From Tubulanus polymorphus (Eukaryota; Animalia; Nemertea): a stretch of 64,000 bases of DNA. Below the pieces are notes generated by a model. That model had not been told where the DNA came from. It saw nothing but the letters and a program-made list of their open reading frames with translations, and made no database searches. Position 1 is the stretch's first letter, and each line of letters opens with the position of its first letter. Shown piece by piece: positions 1 through 13,489 of this stretch. The stretch lies in NCBI RefSeq assembly GCF_964204645.1, contig NC_134028.1, forward strand, positions 18,421,653 to 18,485,652, written 5' to 3'. Position numbers and translations under genes: made by a program.

Positions 1-509
1 AATGATAGGTGTATATATTAATTATATTGGTGTAATAATTGTTTTAATAAGTAGTATACTATAGCGACGACACCATACATATTTAGGCAATTTGAGTGAT
101 AATGTACACGGTATTTGAGGGTCTGCGACGAATGATTTATAGAAAGTTGAATAGCTGTAGTGCAGTTTCTAATAATAAGGCTTATATAGTCTTCACATCG
201 CAATCAGTTGTTAGAATGCATCTTCCTTTTTCTTTACTTCACTTGATCTTGAGTCTTTGACTAGTTACATTTTTTCTTCATTGATTGACGCTGGGAGGTC
301 TAGATCAAATTATACTGTTAATCAAATCAATTATTTTTCAACTGCAAATTCACACTTGATATTGATATTAACAATCAATATTACTTATTTCATTATATAG
401 CGCACTGCTGCAAATTGTAATCAATGTGCTTTGCATGAGTATAAAATTAACACAAGCTGAAAGAATCGAAATTTAAATACGTGGATGATAAAAATCAAGT
501 TAAAAGGTG

Positions 510-837
510 TAGGGACGGAGAGATCTGGCGAAAAAAAAAAACAGTAATGGGTGCAAAATGGACCCGTGCCTAATCGCCCGACCAAAAACGACGGACCAGA
601 CCTGAGTCAAATAAAGCGTGTTGATTTAAACTGGTTCTGGAAGTCAATCACTTCGCTTGGTTTAAGTATGGACTCGTTTTAGATTCCATGGTTTAAGCAT
701 TGTTTAGTAACGAATGAATGGGTTTGAATTTGAATGTGAAATGAATTTGAACATGAAAATCTGCGCTATTTGGTAAGCCATGCGTAAAATTTAAGTCGGA
801 CCTGATTCGAACCAATTTAGCCCCGACAAATCGTCTC
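510..837. mobile_element. Older diverged copy related to the 841-1166 MITE
   Basis: Shares ccgaccaaaaacg..ggaccag, cacttcgctt..ttt.agcattgtttagta and the terminal aaatcgtctc with the adjacent MITE. Confidence 0.55.
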
Positions 838-840
838 TAT

Positions 841-1166
841 AGCCGCGATCACACGTGTATTTTTTTAGGCCAGGGCCAAATTTGGGCCGGACCAACTGTT
901 CACACGGGTGCCAATGGGCCCGAGCCTGTTTGGCCCGGGCCAAATTTGGCCCGACCAAAAACGTCGGACCAGGCCCGAGCACCAGACAAATGACTGCGTT
1001 TGAATTGCAACTAGCACCGTAAATGATCCACTTCGCTTTGTTTGAGCATTGTTTAGTATCGAGTGAATGGTTTGCGTGTGAACGCACTCTCTAATTACCA
1101 AATTTGGCCCGAGCCTGATCGGTGCTAATTTGGCCCGGGCCAAATCGTCTCCGTGTGATCGCGGCT
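841..1166. mobile_element. MITE, PIF/Harbinger-like
   Basis: Perfect 15-bp TIR AGCCGCGATCACACG (841-855 / 1152-1166) with 3-bp direct repeat TAT on both sides; internal GGCCCGGGCCAAA subrepeats. Confidence 0.75.
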
Positions 1167-3059
1167 TATGTGGGTCATGATTGTTGAGAGAAATCTTTCC
1201 CTTTATGTTTGCAAATTAGCCATTGTCCTAGTTTTAACTTCTGATTTGTACCATGTATAGGGTTTATATATCTGTTTGTACTCTTTCATAGAAATACGAC
1301 AGATATCAAATGGAATCTTTGATTTAAGACACTGTAAACCGGTCCACACTAATATGTCCATCCATCCGACCTACGAGCGATCATCTCATTAATGTGATAA
1401 TTGCTCGTAAATCCGACAGCTAAGTTTTACAACTAGAAATATATTAGATCAGATTCCTAATAATAAAATCATTACTATTAAGAATATGTTATTGATTATG
1501 GATAAATTCAAAAAGAATTGACAAAATATATTGCTTTGAATGGCCTTTAGATATTGGATAGGGCGATTTTGAATTATTTTTGGGGAATTTTATCGAGAAG
1601 CTCAAACTCCCTAAGGCGATAAATTCTTTAAGGCAGATCTTTCCCGATTATGATCCCACCATATGAATCGTTCACGAAACTTTTATGTATAAACACCTCA
1701 CAATTAACGTAATGAATCAGTGACGTCCTGTTGCACAAGCTATATTACACCATGATAAAAAGCCTATTATAGTCGAGGTGGATTTCTCGATGTATAAATG
1801 CAGGGAGGGTTGGGAGCTTTATGTTCAATAACATTAGGTTCCAATGTTTGCTCTATGGATTTCAAAATAAAAGAAAAATCTACGTTTAAACGTGATATCT
1901 GTTTCATTACTCGGGGATATATCGGGGAATCTCTGCAATAACATTGGACGATTTCAAAAATATTACAAAATGAGCAAATTGCGATTCTTAGTGATTTTTG
2001 CTAACAGTATTGATTCTAGCGTATACGCGAATTTGTGTGATATGTAATAAGTAACGTAGCGAATAATCAAAGTATCTACTGTAGCTAGATATGACAATTA
2101 AAAATCCTCCAGAATATCTCCTTCAAAATACCTTCATCCGTTCAAAAAAGATCACCTGGTAAAGATTTCCTATGTAGAAATCTAAAAAATCTAAACCCTG
2201 GGTAAACATACCCTGGGTAAAAAACCCCAAATATTCATACTTGGTGATTGTCAAGAACATGTCAAAGCACGATGTTTCTCGAATTTGCAATGAGACTGAA
2301 ATATGTTTGAACTTTTAAATGAAATCTTTCGTTGCGGTAAATTCTTACGGATAAAATAAATTGTAAGAATTAATAAGAGTAATAAACTTTTATTTGTAAT
2401 ATCTAAAGATTCGAACTGGAATATTTTTTAATTTCAGCTGTGCGATGCCATGAATTATTAGAAATAACGTACTTTTGATATTAAATATTTTAGATTCAAG
2501 CTAGTGTAATATATTTGAAATGCGCGATGAACCCCTTTACTAAGCTGTGCAATAACTGCATGTATATGTACTAATTTAGTATCAATGAAACGTTAATTTG
2601 TAGTATGTTTTAATTAAAATAGCATAGTTTGTATGGGCATATTGATATCCTTACGGTGTTCGACAGTAAAATATGAATAAATTGGATATACGTATCAATA
2701 ATACGAATTAATTGACCTTAAGATTGTATCTGCTTATAATCCCTTCAAAGGGAGGGGATTACCTAATTTGAAGAATTGGGGATTTTTACCGAGGGGATTT
2801 TTGCTCGCTTACTTAGATGTTTTGAATTATTGACTTAGTTATTTTATTAAGTATAAGTTAATCACTAGTAAGTTTATTCATTGACCACTTGCATGATAGT
2901 TCTTGATATATTCATTATATGCAATGAAATGAAATGTAAGTTCATCACATTTCTGAACTCATTAATACCGATTGTAATTGTTTTAAGCCCCATGAAAAAT
3001 ATGTGATGTCATTATATTGAAAGCTTTATGTTTTATTAACATTGGCAGTAGTTCTCATA

Positions 3060-3170
3060 AATTTTCCTTGGCCTTTTTTTCCGTGGCCATTTTTTCCTAG
3101 ACAAAATACCTTGGCCATTTTTTCCTTGGCCATTCTTTCCTGGCCATTTTTCCTTGGCCATTTTTCCAAC
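3060..3170. repeat. Short tandem subrepeats (ttttccttggcca)n, probably the subterminal array of a non-autonomous DNA transposon
   Basis: About 7 degenerate 13-15 bp units; similar short arrays at 2155-2230, 2775-2805 and 9155-9245. Confidence 0.55.
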
Positions 3171-6100
3171 ATTCTCGGGTTTTTTACAACTAACCCTTAG
3201 CAATGCACTGTAATGAACAATTTACTTTGTTTTGCTAAATTAACTACTTGTAATCAATTCACTATAGAACTGTGGTCGATCCTAACAAAGAGTCCGACGT
3301 GCTATTCTAAACTTCAGTGGACAAAAATCTCTTTCTAAAAATTATATTGCTAAGATATTCTTAGTCTTCATTTTTCAGCATGAACTCTAGGCCTGGATAT
3401 ATTTCGGATTCATTAAATGGTATCATGTGTGTGTAGAACGTTTGGGCGAAGGTATTATCCCCCTGGATCACGCGTAAAACAAACAGAAAACATATTTTCA
3501 TACATAGGTCATCGCATTATAGAAATTGAACTGTTGGCAAGTTGTATTAAATCTCTATAGATGAAACACTTTTAAGGAAAATGCATTATGTTTGTTGTTT
3601 CTATATAACTACTATCGACTTGCGCCTCGGGCTCAGTCAACTCGCCATCTTCATGATTTAAATATTTGATTAGGCAATCCTATCAAAAGTGGCGTAAATT
3701 CATACAAGCGAATAATTTGTTGTTTCCAAAGGTTTTTGTTACCGGCTCGTCTACACGGTAATGGTCGAAATTCCCCGGTAAAAATCCCCTAAGAAGACCC
3801 ATTAAAGAGCTTATGATTTGCTGCCGCTGGTATGTTTTCGTTTGTATTGCAAAATTAAGTCCAAAATAACTGGAATCGTTTTAAAGGATTTCTGTGAAAA
3901 TTTTCAATTTTTCCCCACACGTCAACAAGTGCCTTTCAAATCAAGATCGATTCCTCATGCGTAAAATCTATTGAAGCAATTTTTGCAGTTTTATTCATCT
4001 ATGGTTTGATACGTCAAGATTTCAGTTAAAAGGGCAACATCATCGTTTATGTTAGCGAAGCTTGGTATACAAGCAAGCTGACAATAACAAGCCACTGAAT
4101 TTTATCGGTTTAGGCTTTGTATAGCTCATTATCTATAGAAAGTCAGTGATTAAGTCCTAAGTAAATATTGCTCAATTAAAGAGAATTCATTGTACAAGCG
4201 ATGACAGGCCTATGAGGCACCCGTAAATCAAAAATGTATTTCACGGATTTTGCTGTGCGATGCGATAAATTATTGAAACTTTTTATTTGAAATATCTTTG
4301 AAATACTATTTGAAATTTGAAATATTATTTTACCAGTGCGATAACTTTTAGTATTAGTTTAGTATTAATGAAGTATTTCAATCTTTGGATAAACGTTGGA
4401 AAAATGGCAGGGGGAAAATTGCCGCTAAATAAACATTAGAATTTGTAAGTTTTGTAGTAACTTTGAGTTGTTAAATTTTACTGGACATTGGTGTATGCTG
4501 AATATCACGAACAACGAAACATATATCTCATAAAAACGTTGATTGTCTTTTTCAACTTTCATCATTTCAATAACAATCAATCGATTTTTAAGTCGATTTA
4601 ATTACCAGGATAGCGACTATATGCGTTTGTGCTCTTAATCAACTAGTTTCCGAATCCGTGGTATGTCGATCAAATAATAATTTTTAAGTCGAGAAAAAGT
4701 AAGATGCATTCTATCAACTAATTTCAATGTAAAGACTATAATTCTTCCTATATGAATCAATACTAAATCATTCATACCACAGGCCACTTAATCTTAAGCT
4801 TGATTGTGAGAGGTGTTTAAACATAATGGTCACATGAGTAATTAAATGGTTGTGTCACAAAGGGAGAAATCTGCCTTAGACATAACATCCCGATATCTGG
4901 AGTTCTGGGCTTAGTAACGCATGTTTAGAATGAATTTTATCCGATATTTTTGTAACATAATGTTTTCTCTCTGCAAATTCCTGACGTTTTCTGGGAGCTA
5001 ACGTTCAGTGGCTAGTAGGCTGGATTGTATTTTCCCTTATTTCATAGATCTCCATGCATATAAACTTGAACTGAACTGAATGGGAACTGAGTTCGGTTAG
5101 GAGTAAAAACCTCCTATCAACTCCTATTTCTGAATTGTATATAAAGGAGTGAAGAAAGAAACAAACCCTCATACCGAATACACTTTTACGTATAAATGAG
5201 AATAATGCTGACTAGGACGATGGCTAATTTGCGACCGTAAATGAAAGAAATACGACTCGAATAATTTTTTTTATCATGCGTGACACGCGAATCTCCTATT
5301 AACACTAGTGATGAGAGAAGAATCCACACGAATGAAATGTATCAGCTTTATAATGATCTTTAATCCTTGAATGACCATTCTTAATTAACACAAAACACTT
5401 AATATAAATGATTTGTATCGATTACTATAGAATTTCCATTTAAAGAATGCATTTATCAAATTACGTCTATTGACTCTGAAAATGAACCTTTAAACCCGTA
5501 AATTAGCTAAACTCGTGCCGTATTAAGCTATTTAGATTTATCGCAGTCTAGTGAAAATTTGTAAGCAGTCCTAATATATTCCCTGTATAATCAAAACTTA
5601 ATTTCTATGTTATGCACGTGTTTTAATTACGATTTCCCCTCTATCGAGAAGGGCCTGATTACAATCTGATTACAGTTGATTGTCAACAAAGTTATAGCAA
5701 TTTACTGTTAGACAAAGAAAATACAAAATCTATTTAGTTTTCTAAAATATTATGTAGGCCTATGTCTCATACAGTCTCATTACCTCGAACACTGTGTATC
5801 GTATCACTCGAAATTCATAAATCTACCGGCTTTATGAAAATCTACCGGCTTTTTTTCAGACGGTCAAAGGTCAAATTCTCTTCGTTTGACCTTGGGAAGA
5901 ATATTCCTCCCAAAGTCAATTCTTGGAATATCGGACCCCATGGTCAAGTTTCCATCGATTGACATTGGGAGGAATATTCCTCCCGCAGTCAATTTTCACA
6001 ATAGCGGTCCTCTTAATTGGTGACACTCAAAGAACGCGCGGCTCAGATTTCTATTGTGCGCCTATCGCGCGCTGCGCGTGAATCACTTACGTAATCTTTT

Positions 6101-6857
6101 CTGTAAATGTGAAGACCTCGAGGGCATTATGTTCTCTAAAGCCCAATATTATCCCAAATTCCGGACTGTTAATAGGTTGATTTTACGGCAGAGTCGACAT
6201 GTTTCAACAATTTTTAACTGTTCATTTATGAATATTTGAGGACTTATGAACTAAAAATTAGTTAAATTTTTGATACATTTTGAGAAAGTCACAAAACATT
6301 TGAGACTGCGTTAAAATAGAAAATGGTAAAATCAGAATCAAGATGGTTTTCAAGTGGCTGTTTAACCCGTTCCTACGCTATAGTCCTATTTGAGACGCCA
6401 AGAGGCATTCAAGAACTAGAATGTTGCGTATGCCTCCCTATGGTGAGCAGGTTCAAGCCCATCCACTAAATTTCTTGAAAATTAATCTAGATCTATTCGG
6501 TGTTGTCATATCGCGGAAAGACGGAATCGCGGAATTTTCCAAAAACGCGGAATTTCTTCATTTTTACTTTAAATAGTAAACGGGTTTTCCCACGGGGATA
6601 CCCACTGTCGGATAGAGCATATGCCATGAAAATAGAATATTGTGTAAAATTAATTTTCAAATGTGATGTATTCAAAAATATCATATATGGAACTGGTTTG
6701 AATTTTAGTTCAGCCATTACTGAGAAATATGACTTTTAAATCGGCAATTTCAGCACGTGGTCACTGTTATTGTTTAAATTAGCAAGTGCGTGTTTCTGAC
6801 GTCATCTCTGACAAAAGCTCGCGGCTTCCAGTCATTTCACTAGACAGTTCATGCCGT

Positions 6858-6945
6858 ATTCTATCGTTTTGGGAGTGATTTGAATAAATAAACTCTTACC
6901 AATTCTATCGTTTTGGGAGTGATTTGAATAAATAAACTCTTACCA
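6858..6945. repeat. 44-bp tandem duplication
   Basis: attctatcgttttgggagtgatttgaataaataaactcttacca occurs twice in tandem. Confidence 0.85.
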
Positions 6946-8351
6946 TTGTATAGTGTTGCTACCGTTGTATATGCCATAATAATCGTATATAAGTGAGTTG
7001 TAGGTCAGTGAAAACTGTTACGGCTAATTCGTGCTCCTTTTCTCAATAAGTCACATCTCAGGTCGTTATATGTTTACTAGTTTCTTCTGGTTAAGAAATC
7101 GCGGAAAGTACAATTTTGATGGCATTTGCAATTTATGGCGCTGGAAGCTAACATATCAGAACCGGTTCCGTGAAAAGTTGGCGTACGTAAATAGATGGTT
7201 TTAAACCCCATATTTAACGCTATATTATTGACTGACCACGACTTGTACGCCGAGCAAGACAATAGTTTGCTGCTATTTTTCTACATGACATAACAACATA
7301 TCACACATTCTACCAGTGCTCATCTTCCGCTAAAATAAGGATTATTCATGATAATCGTATATTCGTGTCATACGTGTTTTTATTTGAACCCGTTGAAATA
7401 ATGCATTTGAAATTTTAAAATAGAGCCCGGAAGTAAAACAGTCGATGATGGTTCACGTGAACACCAAGTCTCAGTTTTAAAGACATGGTATTAGATTTAA
7501 CCAGGGGGCAGACTTAATTTCAACCCCTGGGTTACATATAATACCAGTCTATAAAACTGGGCCAAGCTCATTTCTGCGGCTAATTCAATCATAGAGGAGC
7601 TAGACTTTTCTTTCTGATTAGCTTTTTGAAACTGATATTTTTGCAATCAGATTTTCGCAAGAAATCTCAGGTAAATTTTAACCTGGCCTTTTTTCACAAT
7701 TCGGGTCCCTTAGAATTTGAGAATGGATAATACTTTAACGAATGATTTGTAGATTTACATGCACCGCTGCACAGTCAAACGGCATTTCATCCAGAAACCA
7801 TGTCTTTTAAATTCGCTCCATTTGTATGCATGTAGTAATATGCTCAATCAACGGCTGACCTAAAAAACGTCAGTTTTTGTTTTATTCATTTCACATTAGC
7901 CGTGACTTTATAGAGGTCGCCAATTGGGCAATCAGAGCGTGAGTTTACATTCTCCCGGAGGGATGTGTCTACACTCTCTCATGGGAGATCATAAATGAAT
8001 AAAATTCTAAATTATGATTCTAAATCATTAATACAAATTCCTCTAATTGAAAATACAGCTATGACACTGGTGATATGTCCGTCATCCCATGATACCATCA
8101 TTATATAACCCGGACTACTGGGGTGAGCCTGTTTCGACTACTTAATCAACCGGGTGTATTCTCTTCCCAGGGCCCCCGTGGAGTGAAGGCTATCAGTTAT
8201 GCTGCCACAACGACCTTTGGATTTCCGCTGAGATTTGGAGAGAGTGTAACGAGCTCAGGGGCTTGTATTTAGTCCCCCACAATCACTTTTGTGGAGAATT
8301 TTTGAGGGATAGTTATTTTTCAATTAATTGATGGCATCCTGCAATATTTAC

Positions 8352-8513
8352 CTTTCGGACAACGCCAACATTCAAAGAATGCTCGTTGAGAGACATACCC
8401 AATTTCTTGCACATGTGACGTAACGATCGATTGAAATGAGCTGAACCAGTGAAATAAACCAGAGCACATCCGAACTCATCGTATGGCACAACAATAATAT
8501 CCAATCTACGATG
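8352..8513 (-). CDS. POLL: DNA polymerase lambda exon (third catalytic Asp, thumb start)
   Basis: [54 protein letters not shown]; the [10 protein letters not shown] motif is typical of Pol lambda. tttcag acceptor, gtaaat donor, 162 nt. Confidence 0.96.
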
Positions 8514-9329
8514 CTGAAATTAGAGCATAAAACACATCAAACGGTGGACTTAATACATCGCACATAGCTATATCTATGATGCCACACCAATGCTGGTTAA
8601 ATGGATCGAAAGACCATCGTAGGAAAACCCTCGACACTTCTCGCTTTCATGGCAAATTCAAACTAGAATACTCTTCACCAGATGTCTGATTTAATGATTC
8701 AGATGTCATTTTATCATATTTTTTCTCTGAGGTTAAACGTAGGTGAGATGAGGTAAGCAATCGCATAGTGATACATTCCCACTAATATTAGCAGAAATGG
8801 AATGGATAGAAAAGCGTACGTCAGATCAACAAAAAATCCCTTTATTGAAGACATTCAGATCAGTGAAGACTGATTGTGGTCAACTAACTGATTTCTGAAG
8901 GCAGATTCAACATATAACTATCAATAATCGACGAATATTTCTCATCGAAATCTCTCGAAAAGCTAGAAACCAGCCACTTATCAGATCTCGGGTAAATAAG
9001 ATGAATGCCATAGTATCTAGTTGTGTATCTAATGTCATTGGAAATCAACTAATAACATCATAATGTGAATATTTTGATTTTTTAATCCCATTTTAGAAAC
9101 ACAGATTATCAGTGGCGTTTATAAGTCAACGGGCTACAGCTGAGAAATTGTGGTACACGGTAATAATACCAGAGGAAAAATACCATAAGTAAAAATACCA
9201 TGATTTGATAAGCACGTAAAAATACCAAAAATGCCAGAGGTAAAGAATAACATAATTTTCAAAATAATGTGTCTTTGAAAATCTAATTTTCTCTGATCAA
9301 GGTAAGGCCTTTTTTAATAGCTTGGTTCA

Positions 9330-12300
9330 CGGTACCGCCTCTCGAAATCTGATGAGAAGTCAAATTTTATTAATTTTTATTCCCGTCTGTGGAACAAATC
9401 CAGTAAAAAAAACGAGCAAAATAAATTTGATGAAAAAATTGAAAAACATGAGGTTCTTTTTTGATCACACAGTGTGCAGAATTCGATCTTTCCAGAATCA
9501 TTCGTTTGGGCATATGTATATTGGTCAATTGATTTCGCGACATGACAACACCGATATTTTTCGTGCCTGCGCGTCATCCCGTGGCAATTCGCCTGACTCG
9601 TGATGATACTTTTTAGCATATCATCGTTTCGTTGTTCAGTGACCAAATCAACTAGCCATTATTTTCTTGCAACGACTCTTTCTGCGGACAGTAAATTCGC
9701 ATCAGAAAATTGATACCCCTGTAGTATGATACTCGATCGCTGTAATCGTCCCGTTGCCAACCCATCAACTTTCATTTATCTCAACCAAAGAAGCGCCTTA
9801 TGATCTGTTACCACCGAAAATGGCATTCCGTATCGATACACTTTAAAATTCTTAATTGCTGAAATGAGAGCCAAACACTCTCGTTCACTAGCAGAATAAG
9901 CTTGTTCCTGTTTTGTTAATGATCGACCCCCATATGCTATAACATGTTCTTTCCCATTCACACCTGTTTGCATCAAACAATATCCGACAGCATAATTACA
10001 AGCATCGCAATGCTCTATAAATCCATCCTTTAACGAAGGAAACGCTAATACCAAAGCTGTTATCAAGGCCTCCTTAATATCATCATAAGCCTCCTGACAT
10101 TCTTCAGTCTAATTAAACGGTACACCCTTTTAAAAGTATCTCTGTTAAAGCTCTAAGAGCCCCGGCCCTTGCAGAAAAATCGAACACATTTTCTAAGCCC
10201 GCCCTCCTTAATCTACTAAAAAGATTACGTTAATGCGTAATACGATCATCCCAATCTGCTGAGGACACTAAAATGTCATCTAAATTAACCAAAACAGTCT
10301 CCCAACGAAGGTAATAAGCAAGCCATAATTGACTGAAAGATGCTTGGTGCCGAAGCGATTCCCATTGGCAATCTTGTAAACTGATAATGACCCGTCGGCA
10401 TAAAAATGCCAGTTTTATGACGAGACCTTTCCGATATTGGTATCTGAAAATATCCACTCGAGATGAAAATATCCAGATCGAGATGAAAATATTTTTGGTT
10501 GCGATTTGCCACACATAGTAAATGTATCAAAAATATGTGGAATTGGATTCAAAATTTGCATTTTTGATGCAATTTTTGGATTTTTGCAACTTCGGTCAGC
10601 CGACGAAAATCTGTCACCAATCGATAGGAGTCCCCTGGTTTTGGAACAAGTAAGGCAGGGTTACTCCAATCCGACGAAGATTCCTCTACCCCTAGTACCA
10701 TTAATTGTTGGATCAAGTATATCTCGGAGTGCCAATGGACCTGTGTAGGGCATTGACTGGAATGGATTTTCAGTTTCTGTTTTAATGTTGCAACTTGCTC
10801 CCTTGGCTTCCCCTAATAACAGAACATTTTCTACAAATACATCCCTAAATTCCCCGAGCAAGCTTTTCAACTGTGACTTATTATATTCAGATAAGTCCCC
10901 GTGTTTACTGCGTCAAAATGATCCCCCTCGGGTGTGTCCCGATGGGCTGATATCCCTTCATTATCCAATGACATAAAAGGTTCAACTGCATTTATTGGGG
11001 CATCTAAATCAATCATTGTATCACATCCAGTAGTTGCGCCCTTGTATAAGCGAATACATTCATATGACATAGAAGGTTCAACTGCATTTATTGGGGCATC
11101 TAAATCAATCATTGTATCACATCCAATAGTTGCACCCTTGTATAAGCGAATACTTTCATATGTAGGGTTAACTAACTGAATTGGCAATATTCCATCCCTT
11201 ACTCGATTCACTAGCTGCTACCATTAACTGATACCTCTTACATAATGTTGGAGATCGTTGGACGAAACCTACTCCCTCTTTAACCTCGGACCTTCCCTAA
11301 ATCTTGCCCGTATTTGGACCTCGGCCATGGGCGGTATAGTTAAAGAATCTTGAGCTACTAAACAAATCCTTAAATAAAAATTTGAGCCTCCTGTCAAGTG
11401 GACGATGTTACCGTTTTTTTAAGTTTAAGAAACTTATCTTCAAAATTGATTACAACCCTATTTGTTTGTAAAAAATCTAATCCCAGAATACTAGACTGAG
11501 CCAAATTTTTCAATATCATGAAATTCTGCTTAATCTCTTCTTGGCCTATCTGAAGGTTTAAGGTTATACATCAAAAAACTTCCAACATTCCCCCATTGGT
11601 GATCTTTGCCCACCTACTATATTCCCCATCATAAGGATGGACTGAGCCCTCTTCTTAAAAATCGAATAAAATCACACTATTTGTTGCTCCCGTATCTACT
11701 AATGTATCGACCTCATGTCTCCTTATTTTACATAGTTAACCTTAAGGATGCTCAGTTATCAAAACGTTTACCTGCTTATTAGATTTCAATTTAGCCTGCC
11801 GTTTTCTTATTTCTGGGCATCTTTTGGGTGCAATATTGTTTAGTATTACCTTTTAATCACCAGAATTGTTGGCTTTAATCGTCCTCGTAGTTCTAGATAG
11901 CCGCCCAATCCTATCCTTGCTGGTGGCTTATTTTGAGCCTTTTGTTAACCGTAACTGTCCGCAAAATCTCTTAATATGTCCGTTCTGTCCACACAAATAA
12001 CACTGTCCTCCTACTTCTCGCTGTATACGACAATTTCAAGTGTTAGGTCCATTTTTTCCACAGTTAAAACATTCAACACGAAAATATTGGGGTTCTTGTC
12101 CCCAAAAATTCTATTGTCCTGAACTAAAGTTTTGCCTCACGCGCGAATTACCTTGTTGCTGCTCCCAATGCCGATGTTGTTGTTGATCTCGTCTAGCCGC
12201 TTGTTGTTGTTCTATCACGATGATTCTTGCACACAATTTTTCTAGTTCATCTACTGCCGGCGAGTGCAAGGCGTTTAGCATATGTTCGCCTTAATCCACT

Positions 12301-13050
12301 GCGCTATCTATCTTTAAGCATCTGAACTGCATGACCCTCTAACGATTCCGCTTTTTTCGAAATTTCCCGGTATTTGAGTCAACACAATTTTCTTAATCTT
12401 CATTGGTAACCCATCCAAAAAATGATGGGTTACCACTTAAGGTTACATGAGGTGGTAGTTCCAGTTCTGAAGCTTTTTGTCGTACCTCGTCCGCAAAATT
12501 ATCTACTGACTGTCCTGAAAGCATTTTCACATATTCTAGTTCATGTGTTTGTAGCAATTTCTTTTCGGCATTATCATATTTGTTATCGAAAGCTTTTCTC
12601 AGATTATCCCATGCAGACCTATCCCTCGCAGAAAGTCCTTGATACCATGACCACGCTTCATCCCGAAGAAACAAGGGAAAACTTCCTAATCGTTGACTCT
12701 CCGTCCAGCCCATCATTTCCACGTATTGTAGAAATGCGTTGATCCACGGAATTGGATCATCGTTTCCGTTAAGATATTCTGGTTTTAAAGCACTCCTTTT
12801 GGTATCTGAATATTTGCGGTCCTTTTTTTGGAACGCGTTAAGTACATCCAGCCAGCAAATTCGAATTTCCTACCTCTAAATATCTTGGCGACGAGAGGTG
12901 GGACGTACCGCTGTTCTCCACCAGTTGCTATGTCACTGCGTTTCTCTAACAGTTGTTGTGTGACCCCTTTCACCAATGTTGTTGACCGACTTGTCTATTT
13001 GTCTACAGCTTTCTCCTTTCTAGAATGAATATAAGTTGAAACAAGTCTTT
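9330..13050 (-). mobile_element. Decayed Gypsy/Ty3 LTR retrotransposon (gag-PR-RT-RH-IN start), LTRs not found
   Basis: Gag (12393-12722, FPLFLRDEAWSWY), two CCHC-like knuckles near 11965-12075 (CYLCGQNGHIKRFC), protease LVDTGATNS near 11680-11710, RT (GHYQFTRLPMGIASAPSIFQ; NLDDILV), RNase H (HCDACNYAVG...YSASERECLAL...VTDHKALLWL). Many stops and frameshifts. Confidence 0.9.
10971..11162. repeat. 96-bp in-frame tandem duplication in the Gypsy PR-RT linker
   Basis: Two near-identical 96-bp units (10971-11066, 11067-11162) encoding YE(S/C)IRLYKGAT(I/T)GCDTMIDLDAPINAVEP. Confidence 0.9.
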
Positions 13051-13489
13051 TTCACGACCACACTTCTTTATTTTCTTCTCAGTGTTACATATCGTTCTGC
13101 TTTATCTCCCCAACTCCCTTAACTTCAAAAACCTACATTCTTTACATTTCTATACCCTGACCTCACCCGCTTCTATCCTTACCCTATTTTGTATTATCAA
13201 TCCCGGTTACTTCCATTCTACTCCCTCCTGTACTGCACTAACCATCCTTTAAAAGTCCTTACATATTAAATATAGTTACTAAATGCTGTTCTTTCCGGTC
13301 AAAATACTCCCTCCTTGTAACTCAAACCATTTGCATTCAGTGTGCGCACCAGCACACATCTAGTATGCGCTATCGTGCACACTGCACACACATACTACTA
13401 TCTACTCCTATACATATCTACTCCTATACAATATGGAATTGAATAGAATATATACACATATAACCTCTATAACTATCAACCCTATATCA

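Noticed and set aside
791-1143. ORFs of 92-98 aa
   Set aside because: They lie wholly in a GC-rich MITE made of short subrepeats.
1-8351. Final POLL exon (expected ...PTEKDVF..LGL.YREP.ERDW)
   Set aside because: No matching minus-strand segment found by eye; it probably lies beyond the window start.
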